This document shows positions 42,509 through 55,470 of a stretch of DNA of 64,000 nt, piece by piece. A program made the translations under genes and the position numbers. The first letter of the stretch is position 1. Every line of letters starts with the position of its first letter. The notes below the pieces were generated by a model that was not told the origin of the DNA, did no database searches, and saw only the letters and a program-made list of their open reading frames with translations. This DNA comes from Phoronis australis (lineage: Eukaryota; Animalia; Phoronida): the NCBI GenBank assembly GCA_002633005.1, contig NMRA01000201.1, positions 441,989-505,988 on the forward strand. Direction: 5' to 3'.

Positions 42509-45500
42509 CTTAAAGATAAAAAAGTTTCTAAGTTGTAGCTGTCTTCAGGATCACGTAATGGGTAAGACCTTTAGACAAGAAGAAACCAGCTAAACTAGGA
42601 ATATCGGACAGAAAAGGATAGAGGGTCCAAATCAGAAATAAAGAAGTTAGAAGCGGTTACCCACCATCAGGTTTCAAAGTACTCCAATTGAAAATGGAAA
42701 CCTGAACAAAATTGTAATTTCTTCCAAAAAGTCCACGCCCTCAGCCTACGCTGACCCTTATGTCCTAGATTACATGACAATTACATGCTAGGCATGTGCT
42801 ATAGTCAAGAAGCATGTGTTCCAACAAAACACTGACACGTTTGAATAAAAACAAAACCGTACTTGGTTTGTTTTTGCGACCTAATTTTCGCGTTGAAAGG
42901 AAATCAGTCTACTGAGAAGGCACACGTAAGAAATGTTCCCGGTCTTTTTCATCGTCCATGAAGGGATTTCGCGCCCGTATTTGGACAGGTAGTTGCAACT
43001 TACCAAGCAATGAAACTGGTAGATGTAAATATGCCTGAGCGCCACTTGATGGTCAGGGTCGCAGCACACGAACGAAGGACACGTCAGCTGGCGAAAGCGG
43101 CCTGTTGCGAACACACTGCCAACAGACATTTCTGTTCCCCAATTGGTGTACGTCTTGCAGCAGCCAGATACGTCATCAGTGGAACCTTTGGGTTTGATTT
43201 TCGTGCCAGCTTCGGACTGTAAATAGCACAGTGGAAAATAGTTGTTTTTTGTGACTGGGTATTTCACAAGATTGGTATAAAATTCTTATGAAGAATGGCA
43301 AAAATTGTTGAACACACATCAATGTTCAGGATTAATGACTCAGCGACATTTGCTCGAGTTCTCGGTGTCTTAAGCGGTCGTTCACAGCGAAAAATAGCTG
43401 TCATCTTAATCATCAGCTTTCTTATTTCTCTTGGCTGTCTGATTTATTTTTGCCGTGTGAGCGACCGGCATAGATACAGAGAGCGCGAGCGAATATCGTT
43501 GAAATTTATCAATTGTGAACATTGTTGTGCGTTCAACCGACTTTATCTATGGAGGGGGCTGGTGCCATATTATTCATAAATAACGAATTAATAAAACAAC
43601 TAGGAAGATAAACGAGTTGCTGTTTGTTGCCTCATAAGATCCTAGGTATCACGTACCGGTTTTGGGGCTAAGAGATTTACGATATCCAACTTTTAGACGG
43701 TCGGAACCACAAGTGCCACCCCTATTGGCAAGTAAGCATGATTAAACAGAACACTTTTGTACGGAGCTTCTTGTATAAAATGATGTTATTTTACTAAGCG
43801 GACTTTTCCCATTTGCAAAATTTAAAAATGCTTGTTTTGTAGTAAAACGAAACTCCTTAAAATGTAGTATTTTTACCCAAGGAACATGATACATATACCA
43901 TTGTCCAAAGTTCTATTGCAGAGCAGACACTTTTGTAGACTTCGGCATTCCCTTAGGAGAGTTTTTTGCGGCCCATGCCAAATGTCATCGTAAACACGTC
44001 TCATGGTTATCGCCTATGGGGCACTATCATTGTTTTCCTTTGTTGCGTCTTTGTTGGATAAAACAATGCAGATCGCACGGATATCGTACCTCGGGCGCAC
44101 ATCAGCCGGTAACCGGTAACTGCCTACCATTTCTTTATCATAAGAACGAAAAACAAAGTTAACAAAGGATGCATCTATCTACCGGTCTCTATGCGACGAT
44201 CTTGCAATTTAATTTTCCGTGGGTGATAATTGAATCGGTGGAGGACTATCGGAAATTTGACCTATCTGAAACGCTCGCCTTTCAAACGTCACCAACATCC
44301 TGGCCTACGATATGTTCAGTAGAAGTGTCCCCGTATAAGATTGAATCTGTCTCCCATGTGAAGATTTCCACCTTTTATGAGACAACACCGGGAGCACTGT
44401 TTATAATTCCCACATCCCGAAATACCACAATGTCACTGGAATACTGCAATATTCCTCCACCATCCTACATTCTGTACGCACTTGAAGGGCACTTGTCTCA
44501 AGGTTGCTCACTATACACGAGACCACGATTTCGAATAGGGAATATGTAGTGCGATCACACTACATGTAGCTTGACAGAACTGGGCTGAGAAAAAAACCGG
44601 TTTAATGGGGTTATTCGGAAAATCTACAATAACTAGAGGGCGTGCGTGTACTAGTGGTGATAGATTAACAGCCTCGATTTCGCGAGCCCTTTAAATACAT
44701 GGTGAAATGGCTTGCAGCCGTGCCAACTGAATCTGAGATTGCGTAAAAAGAGTGCTTCTATGCGAAGAAGTAAGCACGACCTCATACAAAGGTAAGGTTT
44801 GTGATTATTTTAACGATTATTCCATGATTATTCTACCGATGCCTGTTAACTGAGGCACGTACTCGCCGATGTCGACTTCGCGGCAGTCAGTCGCCAGCCA
44901 GAGTCTGGTTAATCTTTGTATGTTGTGATATGTGATACGATACTTGACGTAGCAATCGGGATCTTTTCGTACATGAAAGCATTATTATTGCTTGGAATGA
45001 TTTCTAAAAGTTTATCAGTGACAGTTACATCAATCAATGCTGAATGTTTATGCTGTCAACTCGATACAGGTTAATGAGTTAAGATTACAATCCAATCCCA
45101 ATGGCAAAGGGTACGTGAGTGATAAATATCCATTGCATTAGACTATTTGTTTACTCCCTATCATACATGTATGTCTTCTGGAAATCTATTACACGTTGAC
45201 GAAATGGAAATCTATCACGTCAGTTTTCACGTAACCTTTGTTTTTTAGGTTTGAAGGCTTGTACTGTGCAGAGGAGATATGCATCGCTTCTGCACCGTCC
45301 CTGAATGGACAAAAATTGGTTTTTAGCATTTGACTGCAGCTAACCAACAAGATCTTCCCATCCAGTGCAGATCTGTTGTCAAAGCCTACTTTCAATATTG
45401 GAGACAACGAACAAAGCCTTTGAAAAGGAACAGCTATTTTTAAAGTCATTTTGTTAAATTACTTATTCAGGTCCCGAGGGGGGATTGGCATGGGGGGTTG

Positions 45501-48500
45501 TAATATTTGGTACAACTGAATGTGTGGAAATAACAGGTAATACATGTTTGGGGAAAAGAGCATGGTGAGGTAATTCTTAACCTTCACGAAGTCCCTTCAA
45601 GTTGATTTCATGAAACTGTTTTGCTACTTGTATCAATTGTAAAACCACGAAAATATATTACATTTTCCGAATTCACAGTGACTGAATAGTCTTAACTCAT
45701 GCCTTGAAATGTTGCAAGTCGTTATAAATTCAAATGACTGCCATTTTTGTGAAAATTGCATTTTTGATGGTGCCTTACGATTTGTAATTACTCTTAAACA
45801 ACAGAAAGATTATCCATCATTTTTAAATGACCCAAGTCTTCATATCTTCTATTAGAAGAAAAACGGTTCCCTCAACCTTAAGCTACATGTAGAAGTATGC
45901 TTGACAGACCCATGAACCTGTAATCTGAGTTTAAAATTGCTGAAAGTATCAAAATTAAAAAGGCTTGAAAATGGGTAACAAAGGTTTGAAGTTGTCTCAA
46001 AAAACTTGTATATTTTACAGACAAGGGATGCGTTTAAAGAATTGTTATGGCTAGGGATAAAAAATAAAGACACAGTTTTATGCAATACTCATATACAGTA
46101 CACCCTTGGTTTCTGAAAATAGTAATTATTTATTTTTATGTGAAACTGTAGACCAATCACCATATATTTTTGAAAAACAGGGATAACACTTTTGATCCAA
46201 TCTGGAGTACTTAATTATTCATATTTCAATATTTGTTCCAGGTTCAGTGACATTTTAAGGCCACTTCAAGCTGTATCATAGACAAGCTTTGTTACTCCGT
46301 TCTCTTCCCACAGCACTTCCACACACCAGCAGTGCTGCATGGCACAATGTGCAAGTCAGTGGCCCTGGAGAAATGTGAATCGCAGTACTAAGTTACCGTA
46401 AGACAATGTGCCAGTGGAGTGTCTGTGTATGCAGACGAAATATATCTGACTGCTACACAAATAAGCCTTGTTGGTGAGGATGCCCTTTCATAGGCAATGA
46501 GTCATGTGTGGACAATAGCTTATTTCCTTTCCTGGAAAAAACATGAGGGACTGAAGCTAAAGAAGACCTAGTCACACTCTGGTCTAGTTCAGAGTCTTAT
46601 TTTGGGATCAAAACGATTCAAGTGATATGCTGCTGTGTTTACCTTCAAGGGTCTAATTGTGGATGTTATTGGGGCTGAATGAGGTTACATGAAAGAAAGC
46701 CACGTGTTGAAACTGGACCTTTTTTACAAGCGCTTCTATAGGCCATTGAAACTAGACCCCAGTGAAATGAAAGCCAAAAGCTGAGTGACATTAAATTTTC
46801 CTTTCAGAAGAAAGGCTTTATACTATTGGTAAAAACTTTTTAATTTGGTACAGATTATGGGGAAATGACATTCAGTGACTGCATCGATTGTCTTATTGAA
46901 TGTTTTCAATTGTGGCTAGCTGGATAAGAATCTGCTATGAACAAGATTCGAAAATAAAAAATTATCAGTGTATTTAAAAACAAATGGCAAACTGAAAAAG
47001 CACAGAAAGAAACAACATTGCAACATTGCNTAAGGCTTAGCGCGACGACGTATTTTGATAAAAATTCCACCTTTTACCAGTTGTTTACATGCAGACAGCC
47101 ACGCATTCGCAATTCAATCACCACTAGTACAGCAGCGACACCGCGAGGAGAATTCTCCGAATAGCCCCTTTACTTTGCAATGTACGGGGACCCAGAATTA
47201 TATGCACAATAGAGTTTTAAAGGTGGGAAATGCGTATCATGATACGTAATAGAACCAGGTTGTTTGGGCATAGAACCTTTCAGTTTACCTTTTGAGTTTT
47301 TTGCCCACGCATCTTGGATTCGCTAGTCAGCCCGTGCTGACTAGCTGTATGAATAATGGCCTTGGGGTAGACTATGCAAAAACGGTTATCACATTCCAAA
47401 TTATCGGATTTTCAGGGATATCATGGCCTATTATGGAGCGACGGCCTATTTCTTAGAACCTTACTGCGTCTTGATTCAGTTAATGGCGGAATATTTGATA
47501 TTAGACAACCGTCCTATGGGTTAAAAACTTTTGCTCAAGTGAACATGTTTTGTCTACTTATAATCGACATTTGAAGTTCGTTGAGCGAGTGGACATATTT
47601 CGGGGCCATGAGATCCATCGTATTTTTTGGAACACGTCGTACGGTTGTAGTAGCCGGGCAGCAGATAGGCGGAGAGAGATAAAACATTTTGTCTGGGTGT
47701 GTAAAAATCACACTCTGTGGCTGCTTTTGTTTACCGCTCTACATATATATATATATAACGGTCCAAAAGACCGGTACCGGTTTGCTGCCTCGTCGACAGC
47801 CGCAGAAATTGACTGGAAATTACGTCAGTTTCACGACAGAGTGATGAAGCAGACATTTACCAATCAAGAAAGGTTTCTCCCATAATTTTTTTACCAAAGC
47901 GTGTCCGCTTCTTGAAATTTGACTTACCTTGGCGATGAGTCACGGAACTGTAGTGTCTGCGGGAAGTGTGACATATTCACAGTTTCTGTTTACGGTTATT
48001 ATACTAAATACCACGGCTCATATTCAGAGAAATAGCTAAATATTTTGACAGTAGGCAAATCAATTTTATGAAAAGAACCACAATGGAATGAAAAACAACA
48101 ACCAAACAAAATAACAACTTTTTATACTGAGGTGTTATCAATTCATTTTTAAGGACATCCTGGCCGGCATACATGACCCGTTCCCGAACTGGTGTAAAGA
48201 CAACTTTGGTCACGGAAATAGACGAGAACAATCGACAATTTTCAGATTTTTGCCGAAGTACAAAATTATGTTCAAAAGGCGATAAGTGAAAAAAGGAAAC
48301 ATTATACCGTTTTGCATTTTATTTAATTTGGTGCTCTTTGAGATATGGGGCTTGTTCCAGAAAACTGACTTAAGTTCATTTTTACTTAAGTCTAAGGTTT
48401 GTCTCAACCTCCAAAATTTGATACTTCCACATCCGGTAAGTTAGCCAACATTAAGATAAAGCTTATGTCAAAAGCTCAAGTCAAACGTAAGATCTCTTTC

Positions 48501-51500
48501 CTGAAGCAATTTGAATTATATCTTAAAATTGACTGAAATTTAGGTTTTGTCTTAGCTAAGTCAATTTTCTTGGAACAGACCCATGGTCTTTAAATTAAAG
48601 AGCTGAACNCAGCCGCAGAAATTGACGGGAAATTACGTCAGTTTCACGACAGAGTGATGAAGCAGACATTTACCAATCAAGAAAGGTTTCTCCCATAATT
48701 TTTTTACCAAAGCGTGTCCGCTTCTTGAAATTTGACTTACCTTGGCGATGAGTCACGGAACAGTAATGTGTCTGCGGGAAGTGTGACATATTCACAGTTT
48801 CTGTTTACGGTTATTATACTAAATACCACGGCTCATATTCAGAGAAACAGCTAAATATTTTGACAGTAGTCAAATCAATTTTATGAAAAGAACCACAATG
48901 GAATGAAAAACAACAACCAAACAAAATAACAACTTTTTATACTGAGGTGTTATCAATTCATTTTTAAGGACATCCTGGCCGGCATACATGACCCGTTCCC
49001 GAACTGGTGTAAAGACAACTTTGGTCACGGAAATAGACGAGAACAATCGACAATTTTCAGATTTTTGCCGAAGTACAAAATTATGTTCAAAAAGGCGATA
49101 AGTGAAAAAAGGAAACATTATACCGTTTTGCATTTTATTTAATTTGGTGCTCTTTGAGATATGGGGCCCGTTCCAGAAAACTGACTTAAGTTCATTTTTA
49201 CTTAAGTCTAAGGTTTGTCTCAACCTCCAAAATTTGATACTTCCACATCCGGTAAGTTAGACAACATTAAGATAAAACTTATGTAAAAAGCTCAAGTCAA
49301 ACGTAAGATCTCTTTCCTGAAGCAATTTGAATTGTATCTTAAAATTGACTGAAATTTAGGTTTTGTCTTAGCTAAGTCAATTTTCTTGGAACAGACCCAT
49401 GGTCTTTAAATTAAAGAGCTGAACGGCGATCACATGCGTCTGTCCGTCCAAGTGTACTGCGACAAAAGAGATCACGCAAGCCATCGCCAGATAACGTCAT
49501 GCGTTACAACAGAAGCTGGTGACGCCACTAATTTCTCTTGCTAGTGCCAAAAGAAAACAAACAGGACATATTGTTCAAAGTCTCTCGCCATTTGCTTCAA
49601 AATTAACACGCGCCAACAGCTCTCGCATTAGAAGCTTAAAAATTCGGCCGCTACCAAATTTTCATTCAAATCCAAGTTAGATTTTTATACTGTAACGTGT
49701 TATTTTAAACACATTCTCCTTATTGACGTACACAATCATATATTTGTCAGTTAACTTTTGGACAGGGGTACTTGTCTCACGAAACAAGCAACTTATTTTC
49801 AAGTATTTGATGATGGAAGAAGCACATGTGCACCAAATTCGTGCTTGAAAGTTTTGGAACCTAATGGATTTTGTAAAAGCCTGTATTGTTCACTGAAACT
49901 TTTTCCCCACAAGACTTGAAAATTAAGATTTCGTGTTTCAGTGGTTGCACTTACATTAGTGTGTCTCAGAGGCAATAAAAACATTTTGTCACAAGAGAAT
50001 CCGGCTGACAAAGATGAGAAGCACAAATGATATTGAAAAATATGCAAATATCCTTCGTCTTTGATCGTCGAAAACTATGTAACACATGGTTTTAGAGGCA
50101 AGCGCAACTCAGAAGCGAAGATCTAAATGTCTAGCCTGATCCGTTTAAGTTCGGTGAAATTTAATAAAGTCGGTGGGTACATTAAAGACCAAATGTTTGT
50201 TGTCATGAGACCACGTGACAACAAATGTCTGGCTTCAGTTTACTTGAAGCGAAGAGCGCGATCTCATAGCGTTTCGTCGTGAGTACAGGGAAAGATTTTA
50301 TAGCATCTTTGGTACAGTATAGCCTAATGAGCATCGTAACCAGTTTGCAGGTCATTACATCACCAGTTTGCATATTTTAATTAATTTGATACCAGCAAGA
50401 GTAGTTAATTAAGCTTCTCATTTTGACGAGTACACGAGGTATGATTGCTTCGCATGAAAAGTCCATTTATTGTGATCACGTGCAGTGCTGTAGTGGTAAA
50501 ATTAGAGGTAAGTAGGCGCCCATGCAGAGCCCCCGTATCACCTACAGCACTGAACGTAACTTACGGTGAGTAGGCGCTATGTTCAAATGCCAAAAGGTGC
50601 GGGTTGGCTGCACCAACGTGTGTCTACGTCCCACTACAGCACACGTGCAGTGTAGTCTGTTACAAATTGAAAAAAGGACAACTGCAATGAATCCGGTTGA
50701 GACTTACATGTCCACGTGAATGCCTCGCCTAGCGCGTTCACGAACAAATTTTGCTAGTGATACAGAAGTACCTGAGTCTCACGCATTACGAAACGAACAA
50801 ATGTTGCCACAATGATAGAAATAAATTCCACTTTTACAAGATTTTATCAGAGAGAAACTAAAAACAGGTGTACAAGCAAGACTTGCCTGACACGATTAAA
50901 ATCAGGTTTATTTACGTACACTTGAAATTCAAAGAATATGTGGTTTTAGAGAGGCGTGCCAAATTTGTGATTGCAGATCCGTCTTGGCCTTACGCCAGTT
51001 GTAATGCATTTTGCAGTCGTCTGGTAGACGTTTGGAAATGGCTGCGTCATTTCCACTAATTTTCAAGGATTGGCTTAAAGTTTAACCGCAACTATTTCAA
51101 CCTGTTTTCAAACTTCAGTTTTCATCCTAATAATAGGTAGACGATGGCATGAATCATCTGGAGTAAGGCTTGAATACCCAGTCGTTGACGCGATATTTCA
51201 CGTGTTTATGATGTATTATTCCGCAGGCGCGAGGAGGAGTTTCTTTAATAACTTTGTCACTTTTGATAAAATGTTCGGTACTGACGTCACATATTTGTCT
51301 TGAAAAATACCCGGACTCTTGTCCACGTTGGTATGATTAGCAGCGAAACGTGATTGAAAGTTCTAAATTCCAACGAACACATGTATTTTAGCACGAGCTT
51401 TTTCTTCGTTAACATGTTACATTTTAGATAATTCATTGGCGCTCTTGTTGTTTTAGCGCCGTTATTTTTTACGTCCAAATCACAATTTAGAGACTATTCT

Positions 51501-52767
51501 TGAGTGTGATAGAATTTCTAAAGTTATTAAATTTGACAAGAGCTACAAAACAACAAATTCCTTTAGGTTTTGCGAATTTTATGCAAATCAATACTTCTCG
51601 TCGTGTTCTGCCGATGACCTTGCACGCTTAAAACACTCTGTCAAATAGGGATTAGGATTGAGCTCAGACAGTAGTAGAGCGTTTGACTGCAACACGGGAT
51701 TAAGTGATACTTCACTTGGGTAAAACTCAGAAAAAAATCTCGCCAATCGTAATGTCGCAATAAAAGCCATTTTTTCAGGAGGTGTACCCTATACGTTCTT
51801 GTCGCTCATTCCAGAAACCAAATCCACTTGCCGTTTTAGCACTTTTCAAACAAATTGTAGGTGAAAGGTAGCAGGGATATCTGATACAAACCTGGCTAGG
51901 CTCATGGAAGTGTAGTTTGGCGAATAAACTTCAAATGGACACGACAACAAGTATGTCCTGCCCCAGCAAAGCCTTTTTTCTCATAATGCTCACGATGGAA
52001 CAATTTTGATGCCGTGCTCATAAAAGTGGCAGATTTACGTTTTCAGTAGAGGAGGGGGGTTAGGATTCGCGCAAACAGTCCGAGGCGCGTAACGCCGAGC
52101 AGAGGGAAGGTCGGGAGAGGGTTTCTACCCTCCTGTGTAATATTTCTTTGGTCTTTATTAGCTGATTTCGTTTCCTGGCGACATTTTTTGAATTTTATTT
52201 TTGATCCTGTCCGGAGGGGGAACCCCCGTGGATCCGCCTCTGGTGCTTTCCAGAGTTTAACTTCAAATATTTCCAATAGAAGCCCAATACCATGCAATCG
52301 AATAGTCTCTTTATAGTTTCTGGTTCACATGCATGTACATGTAAATTTTGAAGCTTGATAAGAACATTGGTTATACTGTACTGAAAACATGTCTTTTTAT
52401 TTCTCAGTCCTTGCCGTTCTCCCGATCCACTGAGATGTGTAATTAACGTGGTAAAACAGTTAATTTTTCAATATTCATTTTCGAGCCGTGATCAAATGTG
52501 TTACAGAAATTTAGCTGTTTTATGCAATCGGAAAACCAAAAACCATTCATTTGCTACATTGCAAGTGAAAGTTTCTAATCGCACGAATAATTCAGTTCCG
52601 TTCAAGGGGAAACAAACTCAATTTTGATTTACCATTGCTACATGTATAGAAATTACCTTTTCGTCGTCAAACTCGTTATCGTCATTGATGTCGCCATCAT
52701 CACCGCTGAAACAGAGAGAAACGGTAAGAAACGCCAGCAACAAGACAAACACCTTCAACGCCTCCAT
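42302..52767 (-). CDS. Predicted 176-aa secreted cysteine-rich protein of unknown family; complement(join(42302..42508,43004..43216,52657..52767))
   Basis: A signal-peptide/acidic exon and two open Cys-rich exons, with all junctions phase 0 and good GT-AG sites. Stop is TGA at 42304-42302, with AATAAA on the minus strand at 42203-42198. Linkage of the first exon across 9.4 kb is inferred. Confidence 0.6.
43004..43216 (-). CDS. Cys module exon 1 of the secreted protein (CC-C-CC-C)
   Basis: ctatttacag|SEAGTKIKPKGSTDDVSGCCKTYTNWGTEMSVGSVFATGRFRQLTCPSFVCCDPDHQVALRHIYIYQFHCL|gtaagt, 213 nt, phase 0-0. Confidence 0.7.
47797..49424. other. About 810-bp direct duplication flanking N (48609); probable haplotype overlap
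   Basis: 47797-48608 vs 48610-49424, with scattered SNPs and indels. Confidence 0.85.
48348..48582. mobile_element. PIF/Harbinger-like MITE with 3-bp TSD (duplicated artefactually at about 49164-49398)
   Basis: atg|gggcttgttccagaaaactgactta...taagtcaattttcttggaacagaccc|atg. Confidence 0.65.
50483..50642. mobile_element. hAT-type MITE, third copy
   Basis: cagtgctgtagtggtaaaattagaggtaag...ccactacagcac. Confidence 0.85.
52019..52242. mobile_element. MITE, CAGTGGC family, possible 5-bp TSD gtgct
   Basis: gtgct|ca...agtggcagattta...ggatccgcctctg|gtgct. Confidence 0.55.
52657..52767 (-). CDS. Signal peptide plus acidic spacer exon of the secreted protein
   Basis: MEALKVFVLLLAFLTVSLCFSGDDGDINDDNEFDDEK|gtaatt. 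It is preceded by a possible acceptor, ttctcaaacag|gATG. Confidence 0.7.
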
Positions 52768-53585
52768 CCTGTTTGAGAATGCTCTACGAATGACTAAACT
52801 CCACAGAAACGCAATTAACTTAAACCAAGGATCGGGCCCTGACGCCGACAAATTGAATAGACACGTGTGACCGTACGCCAAGTAACAAGTTTGTCAAAGC
52901 ACATTAGTCAATTATTTTCCCGTGTTGAATTACGTTGCTCGTCTGTAAACAAAACGAACATTTTGTTCCCCAGCTTTACACGGTATCAACGACGGAGTAT
53001 TTTTACTTAGGGTATTTTCTTGGGACAGCATACGGTTGATGGCTCCTCTGGCAACCGGTGCAGACGCCTGGTGGTTACACCACTTAATCTTTTTTTGTTT
53101 TTGACCAAGGTGTGGTTGACGAGTGAGCTTTTTATCAATTATTTCAAATAATGCATTATTTGCCAGTCTCTGTAACCATCCTCTTCACGTGGTACTTTGG
53201 GTACTTTTCACTTAACAGTTTCCATCCTCTCGAAATTCCGAAACAATGAGACAAAAACGTAGCCCAATCCCTTACTTTGTTGTGCTAGATGCCGACTGAA
53301 AACATTTAGGCGTTTCATTGTTTTAGTAGGTGCTTCGAAAATGCAGGTGTAGCCATCCTCTCAAATAATTACTAAAATAGCGAATTCAAAATAGTGAAAG
53401 CTCCTCCTACGGAAAGACTCATGCGACAAAAACAAAAATTAGAAAAATTAGAGAGCAGTGTCAGCATGTTCTATCTCAGATTATTTTTTATCTATTTTTG
53501 TTACAGCGCAGTCCTGTACAGTTGTCCCAGATTTACCTTTTTGTGTGTTGCTTGGATAAATGGTTACATTAGAAATTCATACTTG

Positions 53586-53800
53586 CATTGTTGTTGTTAT
53601 TGTTGTTGTCGTCGTCGTCGTCGTCGTCGTTGTTGTTGTTGCGGTCGTTGTTAATCACCATGATCATTATCACTATCGTATCATTATCATTTTCTTTGTA
53701 TTTTTTGTTATCGTTAACGTTATCATTTTTATAAGTTTTATTGTTTTATCATGGCGGCTATTAGTGTTTTTATTATTGTTATTGTTGATTTTATTCAAAT
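53586..53800. repeat. Compound trinucleotide microsatellite / low complexity (GTT, GTC, ATC, ATT)
   Basis: ttgttgttattgttgttgtcgtcgtcgtcgtcgtcgtcgttgttgttgtt... Confidence 0.9.
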
Positions 53801-55246
53801 GATCATTTGTGGTATTAAATGATTGTTCAGTATATAATATTTACCATTACATATATCCATAGAGCTCAAAGCCTTTACAATAAACATGGCATGCTTTTAA
53901 AATACTGAGAATATGAGAATGATGACGCGTGAAGCCTGATGAATAAAAAATAAAACTTCATTAAAAAGATGCGCGAAAGTCATTTGTGTCGAATGATGAT
54001 TGGCAACGAGTTGAATGTCTACAAAAAAGAACTTTGCTCGGCTGAACAATCACATAGTGCCGTCCCGGAACACAGCAACACTTGAATATTGCTGTTACCA
54101 CAAAGTCGCAATATCCAATGTCTTACAGTTTTCACGCCATGGGAGTATCACACGCTCTTTGTTGCTGAATACTTTTCAATCAGCTACATTACTCTATTTG
54201 CCCATCCATCGTCAACAATTTATTAAAGCTGTACTGTGGGCTGCAAGTCCGACAGGAGAAAGTTGGGTACTAAATTTGACAAATGTCCGTGGATGCGTGA
54301 CGTTAGGTTTTTCGCCTTCCCGACATCCGACAACATACATGTAGACAATAAAATGCAGAGCTAATGGATAAAACAAGTTTTCTAGGAAAACTTTGAATTC
54401 CCTTTCTTGAAGATACCCTTTCAGTTCCGGTACATTTGAGCGGTTGAAATCTGGAACAACTCAGTGCACCGTTGCCGTACTCCTCGACGGTTTCTGACCT
54501 GACATTCCAAAACAAGGCACGTGCTTTCTTGTCTTGAGACAAAGGAGAGTCCCGTCGTTGCGTTATCAGGGACGGCACTATTCCGCTTTACCACAGCAAT
54601 GGTGATGGTTGTATTGTGATATTCGAGTGGTATCGATGACGAAGGCGATGGCGAAGAAGATGCAGTCCATGTATAACTCAGTCCGCCTGCAACATTATGT
54701 CGTGCAACCATTCTTGGCATACCTGTACCTTTACTCAGCAGTTCTTGAAAGGTAACACACGTTGGGAAGGTAACAATTGGCACAAAGGGTACAAACCAAT
54801 TCGACTTCGTCAAACTTTTGCCCCTCCCACTGTCGCTGTTCCTGCCATTATCCGGATGTCGCCATAGGTGAAGGACAAACCCTGGATTGGGGGCTGTCGG
54901 AATGTTCCAACAGAGTTTCACGGCGGGTGAGATTGAGGCCTAAGGGCCAGCCCTGACAGATTGGTGGGAGCTGGACTGTCCGCCAGTCTGTAAACCGACT
55001 GAATCATCTGCATGACCAGTGAACTCTCTTCTCCATCTTTGCATGATCATAAGGTTTTTGCCCGTTAAACCGTTATTTTTATAGTTTGCTATGCGTTGGC
55101 GAATCAAAAAACAGGGAACGTTTTATTTTACACTATGCTCACTTATTGCCCAACGTTAATTTAGGCGTTCCCACAGCAACGCCCGCTTGCATCTTTTTTG
55201 GGTTTCCGACTAGTTGTTATTTACGGCTGAGAGTGTCGAGTAAAAC

Positions 55247-55470
55247 ATGTTCCGGTGTTACGTTGAGGGGATTTGCAAAGAAAAGTGGAAAGATTGATGA
55301 CTTTGATTGTGTTCCAATTCATAAGAACCATCTAGGAACGGGCAAAGAGAAAGGAGTTACGCGTTCCAACTGATCAGAAAGAGTATGCATTGTGGATGAT
55401 CGTTATTAAACGCGACACCTGGACCCCATTTGCATCAGCTCGGGTTTGTTTTAATCATTTTACATTAGGC
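55247..55470 (+). mobile_element. Decayed THAP domain (transposon remnant)
   Basis: MFRCYVEG.C... and LWMIVIKRDTWTPFASARVCFNHFTLG in separate frames. Confidence 0.7.

Noticed and set aside
44169-44549. 126-aa ORF, or an extra exon of the secreted gene
   Set aside because: No recognisable motif on +. On - the nearest acceptor (about 44585) leads to an early stop in phase 0.
47797-49424. Recent tandem segmental duplication with duplicated ORFs
   Set aside because: It is centred on a single N like the other artefactual overlaps, and the ORFs are repeat-derived.
50708-50753. Small minus-strand exon candidate (tcactag|...|gtaagt) in the secreted gene's intron
   Set aside because: Its length is not a multiple of 3, so it is incompatible with the flanking phase-0 exons unless a partner exon exists. 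None was found.
53394-53802. Poly-Val / poly-Arg-Cys ORFs
   Set aside because: They are produced by a trinucleotide microsatellite and have no domain or splice support.
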